64,000 nt of DNA from a virus: positions 847-64,846 of the IMG/VR virus record IMGVR_UViG_3300020442_002030; one strand, written 5' to 3'. Made by a program: the position numbers and the translations under genes. Shown here one piece after another: positions 19,106 through 29,184 of this stretch (position 1 is the stretch's first letter; each line of letters starts with the position of its first letter). Under the pieces are notes generated by a model. It was not told the DNA's origin. It ran no database searches and saw nothing but the letters and a program-made list of their open reading frames with translations.

Positions 19106-19780
19106 ATGAACGATATTTTTAAAGGACCTGTTTACGATTTTTTAGTAAATAAAAGTATTAATAATAAAAATGATTGGGGTGGTAATGGTGGTACATTAGA
19201 TGCATCAACTTCTAAACATTTAGAAAATTCTAAAAAAGGTAATACTTTTATGAGAGAATTTTTAAAAAGTATATCACCAAAGAATATTATAGAAACTGGA
19301 ACAAACTATGGTTCATTCAGTTTTACCTGTTATGAAACGCTTTCAGATTTTAATCTATATACTTGTGATAATTATGATTTAGATGGAAGTGGATGTCCAT
19401 CAGAAGAATGTATTCAATTTATAAACAATCACTATAAAGATGATAAAGTAAAATATTATAATTTAGCATCTTGGGATTTTTTAGATGAAATAAAAAAACT
19501 TAATATAAAGTTTGATTTGGCATGGTTAGATAGTGACCACCAATATAGATTTTTAAAAAAAGAATTAGATACTGTAGCTGAAATGGATGTACCATATATT
19601 ATGGTTGATGATTTTTGGAATTTAAGAGATATACAAATGGCTGTATTTGATTTTCTAAAAGAAAATGAAGAATATAGATTTCATTCATTTAGTAACATAA
19701 GACAAGATATCGGTTCGATAGCAATATTAGTAAAAACAGGAAAAGAACAAAGTTTATATGACTCTAACTCAGAGGGATAA
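19106..19780 (+). CDS. Class I SAM-dependent methyltransferase (Methyltransf_24-like)
   Basis: IIETGTNYGSFS motif I; FDLAWLDSDH; IMVDD. Confidence 0.8.
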   Translation: MNDIFKGPVYDFLVNKSINNKNDWGGNGGTLDASTSKHLENSKKGNTFMREFLKSISPKNIIETGTNYGSFSFTCYETLSDFNLYTCDNYDLDGSGCPSEECIQFINNHYKDDKVKYYNLASWDFLDEIKKLNIKFDLAWLDSDHQYRFLKKELDTVAEMDVPYIMVDDFWNLRDIQMAVFDFLKENEEYRFHSFSNIRQDIGSIAILVKTGKEQSLYDSNSEG

Positions 19781-20702
19781 ATCGGTTATAATTAACATTT
19801 TGGATGAAGTTTTGGGTGTTGGTACATCTCTTAGAGGAGATGAACAAGCACATCACTGTCCATTTTGTCATCACCATAAAAAGAAGTTACAAATAAATTT
19901 GAATACACAAAAGTGGCATTGCTGGGTTTGTGATGCAAAAGGTAAAAAGATTCAAACTCTTTTAAAACGTTTGCATGTTGATTCAAAAAGGATACGAAAA
20001 GTTTTTGAAATATATGGTGATGATTATATCGTTTCAGCAACTCCTACCGATGAAGAAAAGGTAGAACTAAGGTTACCATCAGAATTTAAATCTCTATTGG
20101 TAGAACCGAAAGGTTTGAATCCATTATATAGAAAGGTGGTACAATATGCAAAAGATAGAGGTATTACTAAGGAAGATATTATTCGTTATAATATTGGTTA
20201 TTGTGATGGTGGTATTTACACCAATCGTATTATTATTCCGAGTTACGATAGAGATAATAGACTCAATTACTTCATCGCACGGTCTGTATTCTCTGAGGAA
20301 AAATTTAAGTATAAAAATCCGCCGGTATCGAAGAATGTTACGGTGTTTGAAAATCAAATCAATTGGCAAAAACCTATTACACTTTGTGAAGGAGTTTTTG
20401 ATGCGATGAGTATCAAACGTAATGCTATCCCCCTTTTGGGTAAGTTTATTCCAAAAACTCTAATGGATAATATCTATAAAAAAGGTGTAAAAGAAATAAA
20501 AATATTATTAGATAAAGATGCACAAGACCAAGCTCTTTACTATGTAAATTATTTTATGAATAACGGAATTACAGTTACGAACATCTTACCTACAGAAAAA
20601 GATGCTGGAGATATGGGATTCTCAGAAGTTAATAAAATCTTAAAACAAACAAAGAAAAGTGGATTTGAAGATATTATCTCTCAAAAACTAATGGGTATAT
20701 AA
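19758..20702 (+). CDS. DNA primase (Zn finger + TOPRIM)
   Basis: CPFCHHH...WHCWVC zinc ribbon; CEGVFDAMSI and LDKDA TOPRIM motifs. Confidence 0.92.
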   Translation: MTLTQRDKSVIINILDEVLGVGTSLRGDEQAHHCPFCHHHKKKLQINLNTQKWHCWVCDAKGKKIQTLLKRLHVDSKRIRKVFEIYGDDYIVSATPTDEEKVELRLPSEFKSLLVEPKGLNPLYRKVVQYAKDRGITKEDIIRYNIGYCDGGIYTNRIIIPSYDRDNRLNYFIARSVFSEEKFKYKNPPVSKNVTVFENQINWQKPITLCEGVFDAMSIKRNAIPLLGKFIPKTLMDNIYKKGVKEIKILLDKDAQDQALYYVNYFMNNGITVTNILPTEKDAGDMGFSEVNKILKQTKKSGFEDIISQKLMGI

Positions 20703-21784
20703 TGGAACAAAAGGTAAGAGAAAGTAGTGTAGATAAGTTTTTTAATGATTATAAAATCATTGTAGCTACACATGAAAGTCAATTATTTAAAAAATTTAAA
20801 AGAGATGCTATATCAGAACATCAACAACATAGACCCATTATGTTGGATTGTGTTACTTATGATTTATTAATAGATGATGTAGCTTATCAAGCTGCATTAA
20901 ATAATGGAGCTGATTATATAGTAACTTCTAATCTATATCATATAGGAAAACCAAATCATATTTTATATGATTGTAAGTTGTATCAAACGTTTTTTTATTT
21001 AGAAAGGGAAATGTACTTTGAAGATTTACTAAAAAAGAGTTTGAGTTTTTTAAGATTAAAAAATTTTACATTTTTAGCAAACCATATAAGATTTGAAAGA
21101 TTAGAGATATTTGATTGGTTGTATAAAAAAGGAATTTTAAATAATGGTATTGTGAATATGCCAAACCTAAACGGTGTATCTGAAGATGAAATAGATTATT
21201 GTTTAAGAAATGAACAGAAGGAAGAATATCTAAAATACAATTATGATTTTTTACCAATTAACGCAGATTTAGTTCCAAAGAAATCTTTTACTGAAGATGC
21301 AAAACATCAAAAATGGTATGGTGAAGAGAAAGGATGGAGTGATGTTGATGATTATGGTGAATCATATAATCCTATGTTATACTTAAATTCTTATTTTGAA
21401 ATATTATCAGAAACATACTATTATATACAAGATATGAGATTAGATGAAGGAAGAACTGTTAATCAAATTTCAGAAAAAACATTAAAACCAATACTACATT
21501 GTTTACCTCATTTCTGTTTAACTCAATCAAACTACTATAAAAAATTAGAAGAGTTTGGATTATCATTTAAAAGTAAAATATTTAAATCAGTTTGGGAATT
21601 TGATTCAATGGAAGCTGGTACAGAAAAAACAAAAAAGTTTTTAGAAGCTAATGAGTGGTTGTTTGATTTATCAAGAAAAGAATTACATGAACTATATGTA
21701 GATGCTTTTCCAGAACTAAACAACAACAAAAAAATATTGATGAAAAACTTTAAACTAACAATACCAAAAAGAGAAGTAATTTGA
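20702..21784 (+). CDS. GT10-like (GT-B) glycosyltransferase-family protein, paralog 1
   Basis: NSYFEILSET...ISEKTLKPILHCLPHF motif shared with three other ORFs; resembles the fucosyltransferase donor motif (FEN..Y.TEK). Confidence 0.5.
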   Translation: MEQKVRESSVDKFFNDYKIIVATHESQLFKKFKRDAISEHQQHRPIMLDCVTYDLLIDDVAYQAALNNGADYIVTSNLYHIGKPNHILYDCKLYQTFFYLEREMYFEDLLKKSLSFLRLKNFTFLANHIRFERLEIFDWLYKKGILNNGIVNMPNLNGVSEDEIDYCLRNEQKEEYLKYNYDFLPINADLVPKKSFTEDAKHQKWYGEEKGWSDVDDYGESYNPMLYLNSYFEILSETYYYIQDMRLDEGRTVNQISEKTLKPILHCLPHFCLTQSNYYKKLEEFGLSFKSKIFKSVWEFDSMEAGTEKTKKFLEANEWLFDLSRKELHELYVDAFPELNNNKKILMKNFKLTIPKREVI

Positions 21785-22542
21785 AAAACATTTTAACTTT
21801 AGGTTGTAGTTTTATGAGAGGATTTCCTGATAGAGGAAAAGAAAAAAGAGCAGTTGGTTATCACATAGGTAATAAACTAAACTTAACTCATTTAAATGGT
21901 GCGATATCATCTGGTGGTAATGATTTACTATTTGATAATTTTTTATCGATAGAACAAAATAGGGAAACTCTAACTACGTTTGAAGATATAAAGCATGAAA
22001 CCATTTCACCTGATGATACATTTGTTATAATAGGATTAACTGAACCAGCTAGAAGGTGTGTTTGGTGGGAGGGGAAGTATAGTCCAACATTTAGACCTTA
22101 CGCTGAAGAGTTTTGTGATTTCAAATTACCTACAGAGGTAAACTACTATTTTTCACAAGAAGAAATAATTTATTACAACAACATAAAAAATATAATTCTA
22201 ATTTACAATTATTTAAAAGCTAAAAACTATAAATTTGTAATCTTAGAAGGTTTAAAAAATGACTTTCATTTGATGGATAAATTTGTAAGTGTGGAAACAC
22301 CTACAATGTTTAATTTATTACGATTAGAACTTAAAAACATAAAAGAATCCAAAGAATGGATAGGAGAGTGTTACAGAGAATGGATAGTATCAAATTCTAA
22401 AAATCCAATGTATGCTGATGATGAAAAAACAATTTTGGATTATTCTGAATTTATAAGATTAGATAAACACCCAACAGAAGAGGGAGCTGAAGCATTTGCT
22501 GATTACTTATTGAAAACATATACTGATAAATTTAAAATATGA
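21781..22542 (+). CDS. SGNH-fold (GDSL-like) protein, paralog 1
   Basis: LGCSF block I, GGND-like block, LDKHPTEEG block V; TTG start overlapping the upstream TGA. Confidence 0.65.
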   Translation: MKNILTLGCSFMRGFPDRGKEKRAVGYHIGNKLNLTHLNGAISSGGNDLLFDNFLSIEQNRETLTTFEDIKHETISPDDTFVIIGLTEPARRCVWWEGKYSPTFRPYAEEFCDFKLPTEVNYYFSQEEIIYYNNIKNIILIYNYLKAKNYKFVILEGLKNDFHLMDKFVSVETPTMFNLLRLELKNIKESKEWIGECYREWIVSNSKNPMYADDEKTILDYSEFIRLDKHPTEEGAEAFADYLLKTYTDKFKI

Positions 22543-23639
22543 TTTACACATTAGAAGTAAATTTTGGTGATGGTATCTATATACAACTGAGTGAGATTTT
22601 ACATAAGGCTGGTGTTAAATTTGAAACATTAACTTATGATTTAGGAAACCAATTACATTCTGTATCTGTAGATAATAATATTTTTGATTTTGTAAAATCA
22701 AAAGTAAATAAAGATGATACACTTATCATTGAATCATCATATTTTTTAAGTGAGGCATATGAAAAATTTAATTTTGATGTATTAGATACACTTCCATGTA
22801 AAACATTTATATTTCATTCTGAAAGTACTTTTATAGATAAACCAAATGTATTTAATCCACACTACTCTTTAAATAATGTAAATGAAAAAATACCTAATTT
22901 TTACTTATTAAATTTTGGATTATCAAAGCATAGATGGTTAGTACATATGTTATTTGAAAGATATCACAAAATGTATAGAGATAAAATATTTTATTCTACA
23001 AATGGTGTTTTTAAACCACATAGAACTTTAGTGTATAGTTTACTAAAAGAAAATAATCTTTTAGATAAAACGTATTATTCATATCAAGCATATAGTAATT
23101 TTGATGAAGATTATGAAACTCATTTCAAAGATATCAAAATAGGATATCCAATAACAGAAAAATATTTTAATTCATTAAAATCAGAATTACCAATTGTATT
23201 AGATTATGATTGGGTTGGTAAAGTAGACCAATCATCTCTTACATTACCATATACAATGAATTCATATATCTCATTAGTATGTTGTACAAATTATGTACAA
23301 ACAGCTGAACTATACACATCGGAAAAAATATTTAAACCATTTTTCTCATTTCATATACCAATATTTTTTGGAGTTAGAGGATTGTATGGTGTATTAAAAA
23401 AATTAGGATTTTATTTGTTTGATGATTTAATTGATTTATCCTTTGATGATATTACTGATGATGGTGAACGAATCTATAGTGCGTTTGACCAAGTCATTAC
23501 AATTAACTCAATAGGAAAAAAGAGAATCCATCAATACTATAGAGAAAAACATGCTGAACTATTACACAATTTTAATTTACTTAAAACACTAAGTGATACT
23601 CAGTTAAAATATTTAAACAAAATAATTTATGGTAATTAA
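22539..23639 (+). CDS. GT10-like glycosyltransferase-family protein, paralog 2
   Basis: KPHRTLVYSLLKENNL and NSYISLVCCT...YTSEKIFKPFFSFHIPIFFG motifs. Confidence 0.5.
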   Translation: MIYTLEVNFGDGIYIQLSEILHKAGVKFETLTYDLGNQLHSVSVDNNIFDFVKSKVNKDDTLIIESSYFLSEAYEKFNFDVLDTLPCKTFIFHSESTFIDKPNVFNPHYSLNNVNEKIPNFYLLNFGLSKHRWLVHMLFERYHKMYRDKIFYSTNGVFKPHRTLVYSLLKENNLLDKTYYSYQAYSNFDEDYETHFKDIKIGYPITEKYFNSLKSELPIVLDYDWVGKVDQSSLTLPYTMNSYISLVCCTNYVQTAELYTSEKIFKPFFSFHIPIFFGVRGLYGVLKKLGFYLFDDLIDLSFDDITDDGERIYSAFDQVITINSIGKKRIHQYYREKHAELLHNFNLLKTLSDTQLKYLNKIIYGN

Positions 23640-26600
23640 TAAAATATACCACCTTGCAGATTTACACATTAGAAATCTGAAGAGACACAAAGAATACAGA
23701 GAAGTATTTAACAAATTCTTAAAACAAGTTAAACAAGACAATATAGAAGATTCTATCATCTATATTGCTGGTGATATCGCTCATGCTAAAACAGAGATGT
23801 CACCCGAATTAGTGCAGGAGATTAGTTGGTTTCTAACTGAATGTGCTAAACTTAGAGAGACTGTGCTAATCACAGGTAACCACGATTGTAACTTAAATAA
23901 TAACTACAGACTAGATGTACTTACGCCTATTATCGAAAATCTCTCTAATCCTCGAATCCATTATCTTCGTGATACTGGTACTTACAATATCCATAATCTT
24001 ACTTTTGTTGTCTATTCTATACTTGATAGCAAGGAAAATTGGCCTAAAGGAGATACCATTGATGGAAGGAATAAAATCTGCCTTTTTCACGGGCCTGTAA
24101 ACGATTCCAAAACTGATGTTGGGTATATTGTATCATCTAATTCATTCACCGAAGAAATGTTCGATGGATTTGATATGGCTCTATTGGGAGATATTCACAA
24201 AAGACAAACTATTGGAGGAGACCATATCGCCTATGCTGGTTCTATGATTCAACAAAATCATGGTGAATCTTTAGAAAAGCATGGATACTTACTATGGGAT
24301 GTACCTACTCGTACATTCGAAGAATTTAACATTCCTAATGATTATGGATTCTACACATTAGATGTAGATAACGGAGTTGTTCCTGATGTAGATGATATGC
24401 CTAAGAAACCTCGATTGAGAGTTAGGATATCAAATACTGACCCATCCCAAATCAAAAGGGCTTTAACTGAAATCAAAAAGAAATACAAAGTACAAGAGTT
24501 TACTGTAACTCGGATGGATACTTTAACTAAACAGAAAATCGGTGATTTCGATACGAACTTAACCATCGGTAATGTTAGGGATGTTGAATTACAAAACGAA
24601 CTCATCAAAGGATATTTGGAAAGACAATATTTGGCAGATGATGATACAATAGATAAGATTCAGCAAATCAACAGAGATATCAATACTAAACTTACAGATG
24701 ATGATGTAACTCCTAACATACAATGGATACCACAATCATTTGAGTTTACCAATATGTTTTCGTATGGTGAGAATAACAAAGTGGACTTTACTAAAACAAA
24801 AGGTATCGTTGGTATATTCGCTCCTAATGCTAGTGGTAAATCAGCTCTCTTTGATGCATTATCGTTTTGTGTATATGATAAGACAAGTAGAACGTATATT
24901 GCTAAGAACATTCTAAACAATCGTAAAACACACTTCAGATGTAAACTACACTTCCAAATAGATGAGATAGATTACTACATTGAGAGAAGAGCTAAGTTAA
25001 TCAACCACGGAAGAAATCTAAAGGTTGATGTAGATTTTTGGAAAGATGAGGATGGATTAATCACTTCACTTAATGGTGAACAGAGAAAGGATACAAACAA
25101 ATCAATTATACAATACTTAGGTAAGTATGAGGATTTCGTACTTACAACTTTATCACTACAAGGTGATAACGCACTATTCATAGATAAATCACAATCGGAA
25201 AGAAAAGAGATATTAGCTCAATTTATGGGGGTAGATATCTTTGATAAACTATATGGATTAGCAAGTGATGAGAATAGGGATAACGCTTCACTTATCAGAA
25301 AATTCAAGAGTGATGATTTTACGACCCGACTCGCCGATATCGAAAACGACCTTAAAACTTCTATTGAGGAGTATGGGGAAATGGAGAAGGAACAAGAAAC
25401 TGCTAAAGGTAAAGAAGAGGATTTACAAAATCAAATTGTAAGATTAAATGAGAAGATTGTAAAGTTAAATGCTGATAGTGGTGTATCGATTGAGGAATTG
25501 GAAAAAAGATTAAAAATCTTAGAAAAGAAAAAAGATAAGGTAAATACCGATAAAGATTCAATACAAAACAGAATCACCCAAAGAGAAGAACTTCAGATAA
25601 CATTAGAGGAGATTTTAGATAAATTTGATGAAGAAGTATTAGAAGAGGGAATGGATTCTCTAAGCGAAGCAAGAGTAGACTTTAACAAAATAGAATCTGA
25701 TTTAGATAAAATACAAATAAAATTAGATTCTTTGTATGAAAGAAAAGAACATTTAGATTCACACAAATACAATGAAGATTGTGATATCTGTATGGAAAAC
25801 TCTCAAACAATATTAGAGCAAAAGGAAAAGGTAGATAGAGAATTAGATGAAAAAGAATCGGAAAATAAAGAACTAAAATCTAAATTATCTGAATTACAAA
25901 TTAAAATAGATTCTTTAAAAACTTTAGAAGAAGAATGGAAAAACTTTAACGAAGCTAAAGAAAAAGAAGATAAGATAGATAGAGAGATATCTCAACTTAT
26001 TAACAAGTTATCAACAATTGAGACCGAAGAATTTAAGAATTCTACACAAATCGCTCAACAGGAGCAACTTATAGAAGAATATTATAAGAACGAAAAACAG
26101 ATTAAGAAAAATAAAGAAGTTAGAGATGAGATTGTAGATGTTCGTTCTGATTTAACAAAAATAAAACAAATAATCAGAAATAATAATACCGATATTCTAA
26201 GGATGAATGGTACGATATCTGCTTTACAAAATCAAAAAGAAACAATCGAAGATAGAATTAAAGAGGTAAAAGATTTAGAAGAAACTCATAATCTATTTGA
26301 GTATTATCTTAACTCATTGGGTAGAGATGGTGTATCGTATGAGTTGATACAGAAAGCATTGCCTATGATTGAAGGTGAAGTAAATAACATCTTAGGACAA
26401 ATTGTTGACTTTGGGATGCAGTTGGAGATGGATGGTAAGAACGTTAACGCATTTATCGTTTACGATGACCAGAAGTGGGGATTAGAGATGTGTAGTGGTA
26501 TGGAAAGGTTTATATCAGGTTTGGCAATTAGAATCGCTCTAATCAACGTATGTAACTTACCAAGACCAAACTTCTTAGTAATTGATGAAGGGTTCGGTAC

Positions 26601-26763
26601 ATTAGATAATGAAAACTTAACATCTCTTTATATGTTATTCGCATATTTAAAGACACAATTTGATTTCGTTATGATTATATCACACATCGATTCAATGAGA
26701 GATGTTGTTGATAGTTTAGTAGAAATTAAAAAAGTAAATGGATTTAGTAACGTAAAATTTTAA
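23629..26763 (+). CDS. Fused Mre11/SbcD (gp47) nuclease - Rad50/SbcC (gp46) ATPase
   Basis: N-terminal DLH, GD, GNHD, FHG and GDIH phosphoesterase motifs; Walker A PNASGKS; coiled coil with CDIC zinc hook; signature CSGMER; Walker B VIDEGFG; H-loop ISH. Confidence 0.93.
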   Translation: MVINKIYHLADLHIRNLKRHKEYREVFNKFLKQVKQDNIEDSIIYIAGDIAHAKTEMSPELVQEISWFLTECAKLRETVLITGNHDCNLNNNYRLDVLTPIIENLSNPRIHYLRDTGTYNIHNLTFVVYSILDSKENWPKGDTIDGRNKICLFHGPVNDSKTDVGYIVSSNSFTEEMFDGFDMALLGDIHKRQTIGGDHIAYAGSMIQQNHGESLEKHGYLLWDVPTRTFEEFNIPNDYGFYTLDVDNGVVPDVDDMPKKPRLRVRISNTDPSQIKRALTEIKKKYKVQEFTVTRMDTLTKQKIGDFDTNLTIGNVRDVELQNELIKGYLERQYLADDDTIDKIQQINRDINTKLTDDDVTPNIQWIPQSFEFTNMFSYGENNKVDFTKTKGIVGIFAPNASGKSALFDALSFCVYDKTSRTYIAKNILNNRKTHFRCKLHFQIDEIDYYIERRAKLINHGRNLKVDVDFWKDEDGLITSLNGEQRKDTNKSIIQYLGKYEDFVLTTLSLQGDNALFIDKSQSERKEILAQFMGVDIFDKLYGLASDENRDNASLIRKFKSDDFTTRLADIENDLKTSIEEYGEMEKEQETAKGKEEDLQNQIVRLNEKIVKLNADSGVSIEELEKRLKILEKKKDKVNTDKDSIQNRITQREELQITLEEILDKFDEEVLEEGMDSLSEARVDFNKIESDLDKIQIKLDSLYERKEHLDSHKYNEDCDICMENSQTILEQKEKVDRELDEKESENKELKSKLSELQIKIDSLKTLEEEWKNFNEAKEKEDKIDREISQLINKLSTIETEEFKNSTQIAQQEQLIEEYYKNEKQIKKNKEVRDEIVDVRSDLTKIKQIIRNNNTDILRMNGTISALQNQKETIEDRIKEVKDLEETHNLFEYYLNSLGRDGVSYELIQKALPMIEGEVNNILGQIVDFGMQLEMDGKNVNAFIVYDDQKWGLEMCSGMERFISGLAIRIALINVCNLPRPNFLVIDEGFGTLDNENLTSLYMLFAYLKTQFDFVMIISHIDSMRDVVDSLVEIKKVNGFSNVKF

Positions 26764-27449
26764 TGAAGAAATTATATACATATGGTTGTTCTTTTACGCA
26801 AGGAATGTGGGAATATGATAATTCACAAACTGGCGAAGGTGAAGTTCAGCTTGGTAAAAAACGAATACCTTTTGAATATGGAACTCAAGAAAATTGGGGA
26901 ACTCAATTAGCAAAAGATTTAAATTTAGAATATATCAATGTTGGACTTGAAGGTAGTGGTCCACTATATTCTATTAGTCAAGTTCAAAAAGATTTAGCTA
27001 AGTATGAAAAAGATGATTTGGTGATATTACAACTTAGTTATGCTGATAGAAAGTTTTCACATTTAATTCACATAAATCCACCACATTCACAAGCGGAACA
27101 TAGAAATATTATAGAAAGAACAGCAGAGTGGATTAAGAAAGAAAAAACACACGAATTAGAAAATGATTATATTTGTGGTATAATTAATGCATTAAATGGT
27201 ATGGGTGTAAATTTTTATTTTTGGATAACACAAGAAATACCTGAACAATGGAATTTTGTAAATAAGTATGATAAGCATAGATTGATATTTGATGGCAACG
27301 ATACATATGTACAATGGATGCATAGTAGGGGTTCGAAGATGATGTATTATGATTGGTCGGTCAATCCCCTAAATCCAGTAGATATCCATCAAAACATAAT
27401 TGGTCATACCGCTCAAAAAGAGATATTTAAAAGGCAAATACAAATATGA
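26763..27449 (+). CDS. SGNH-fold protein, paralog 2
   Basis: YGCSFTQG; NVGLEGSG; VDIHQNIIGH. Confidence 0.65.
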   Translation: MKKLYTYGCSFTQGMWEYDNSQTGEGEVQLGKKRIPFEYGTQENWGTQLAKDLNLEYINVGLEGSGPLYSISQVQKDLAKYEKDDLVILQLSYADRKFSHLIHINPPHSQAEHRNIIERTAEWIKKEKTHELENDYICGIINALNGMGVNFYFWITQEIPEQWNFVNKYDKHRLIFDGNDTYVQWMHSRGSKMMYYDWSVNPLNPVDIHQNIIGHTAQKEIFKRQIQI

Positions 27450-28327
27450 GTATAAGAGTAATTGTAACTGGTGGAGCAGGATTTATTGGTTCTTCGTTTG
27501 CTAACTTATGTGTTAGTAAAGGATTAGATGTTTTGGTAGTAGATAAACTAACATATGCTTCTAATGTTGATGTTATCCCTAATATACCAATTTTAAAAAA
27601 AGATATATGTGATGTTACCGAAGAAGATTTAGGTGAGTATGATTTCTTAGTAAACTTTGCAGCTGAATCACACGTTGATAACTCAATCAAAGATGGTAAA
27701 CCTTTTGTAAAAACAAATATAGAAGGAACATATAATCTTTTAGAATTAGCTAGAAAAAATCCAAAGTTACAAAAATTTGTACAAATCAGTACCGATGAGG
27801 TTTATGGTGATTTAGATTTATTAGATATTGATGCATCGTTTGAACAAAACTTTTTATATCCATCATCTTACTACTCAGCAACAAAAGCATCGGCTGATAT
27901 GTTAGTTTATAGTTGTGGACATACGTTTGGATTACCTTATGTTATAACTCGTACTTGTAACAACTTTGGTATTAACCAACATAGTGAAAAGTTTATCCCC
28001 ACAATCATGCGTTCTATAAAGGAGGATAAACCAATACCTGTATATGGTGATGGTAAACAAATTAGAGAATGGATATGGGTTGAGGATAATGTTAAAGAAA
28101 TCTTAAAACTAATGTTGTACAAAGAAGGTACTTATAATATCGGTAGTGGTGATACTTTACAAAATATAGATATTGTAGCTCACATAGCATTTCTTTTAGG
28201 TAAAGCACCAAAGTATGAATTTGTAGAAGATAGAAAAGGACACGATAGGAGATATACATTAGATACAGATTTTGAAAAACCAAAAATAACAAAAACATTA
28301 TTTCAATATTTGAAGGAACAATTATGA
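27446..28327 (+). CDS. rmlB: dTDP-glucose 4,6-dehydratase
   Basis: TGGAGFIGS, DKLTYAS, FAAESHVDNSI, STDEVYG, YSATKAS, DRKGHDRRY. Confidence 0.92.
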   Translation: MSIRVIVTGGAGFIGSSFANLCVSKGLDVLVVDKLTYASNVDVIPNIPILKKDICDVTEEDLGEYDFLVNFAAESHVDNSIKDGKPFVKTNIEGTYNLLELARKNPKLQKFVQISTDEVYGDLDLLDIDASFEQNFLYPSSYYSATKASADMLVYSCGHTFGLPYVITRTCNNFGINQHSEKFIPTIMRSIKEDKPIPVYGDGKQIREWIWVEDNVKEILKLMLYKEGTYNIGSGDTLQNIDIVAHIAFLLGKAPKYEFVEDRKGHDRRYTLDTDFEKPKITKTLFQYLKEQL

Positions 28328-29157
28328 TAGGAATTATAGGACAAGGATTTGTTGGTAACGCTGTTTATCAAAAGTTTAAAAATTATTTTGATGTTTTAAC
28401 TTATGATTTAGATGAATCAAAATCTAATTCTACAAAAGAAGATTTACTTTTTAAATGTAATACTATATTTTTATGTTTACCAACTCCGATGAATACTGAT
28501 GGTAGTTGTAATGTTGATATCTTACAAAGAGAATTAGAAAACATAGATTTAATTACCGATAATCAAGAAATAAAAAAAACTATAGTGGTAAAATCTACAG
28601 TATCGCCAGGTACAACAAATAAATGGAATTCATCATATGAATCATTGGATATAGTATTCAATCCTGAATTTCTTACTGAAGCAAATGCGGTAGAAGATTT
28701 TAACAATCAAAATAGAATTATATTAGGAGGACCAAGACCAGCTACTACAGAATTAAGAAGAATGTATTCTAAGGTATTTCCAAAAGCACATATAATTAAA
28801 ACGGATTCTACTCATGCTGAAATGGTAAAGTATTTAACAAATTCATTTTTAGCAACAAAAGTATCCTTCGCTAATGAAATTTATCAGATATGTGATAAAT
28901 TAAATATTGATTACGATAAAGTAGTTGAATATGCTACCTTAGATGATAGATTAGGTAAATCACATTGGAATGTACCAGGACCTGATGGTGATTTTGGGTT
29001 TGGTGGACATTGTTTACCTAAAGATTTATCAGCATTGATTTATTTAGCTATGAATTTACATACTGAAACTAATGTTCTTAATGCCGTTGAGGAAACAAAC
29101 GATGTGGTTAGGAAGAATAGAGATTGGGAGAATATGAAAGGTAGAGCAGTTGTTTAA
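28324..29157 (+). CDS. ugd: UDP-glucose/GDP-mannose dehydrogenase family, short form
   Basis: GQGFVG, CLPTP, KSTV.PG, NPEFL, EMVKY..NSFLATKVSFANE, GFGGHCLPKD; 277 aa, no C-terminal UDP-binding domain. Confidence 0.85.
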   Translation: MIGIIGQGFVGNAVYQKFKNYFDVLTYDLDESKSNSTKEDLLFKCNTIFLCLPTPMNTDGSCNVDILQRELENIDLITDNQEIKKTIVVKSTVSPGTTNKWNSSYESLDIVFNPEFLTEANAVEDFNNQNRIILGGPRPATTELRRMYSKVFPKAHIIKTDSTHAEMVKYLTNSFLATKVSFANEIYQICDKLNIDYDKVVEYATLDDRLGKSHWNVPGPDGDFGFGGHCLPKDLSALIYLAMNLHTETNVLNAVEETNDVVRKNRDWENMKGRAVV

Positions 29158-29172
29158 CAATTCTACTTTTAC

Positions 29173-29181
29173 ATATTTATA
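29173..29181 (+). promoter_or_regulatory. ATATTTATA putative late promoter
   Basis: Exact motif, only 3 nt before ATG 29185. Confidence 0.55.
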
Positions 29182-29184
29182 TGT

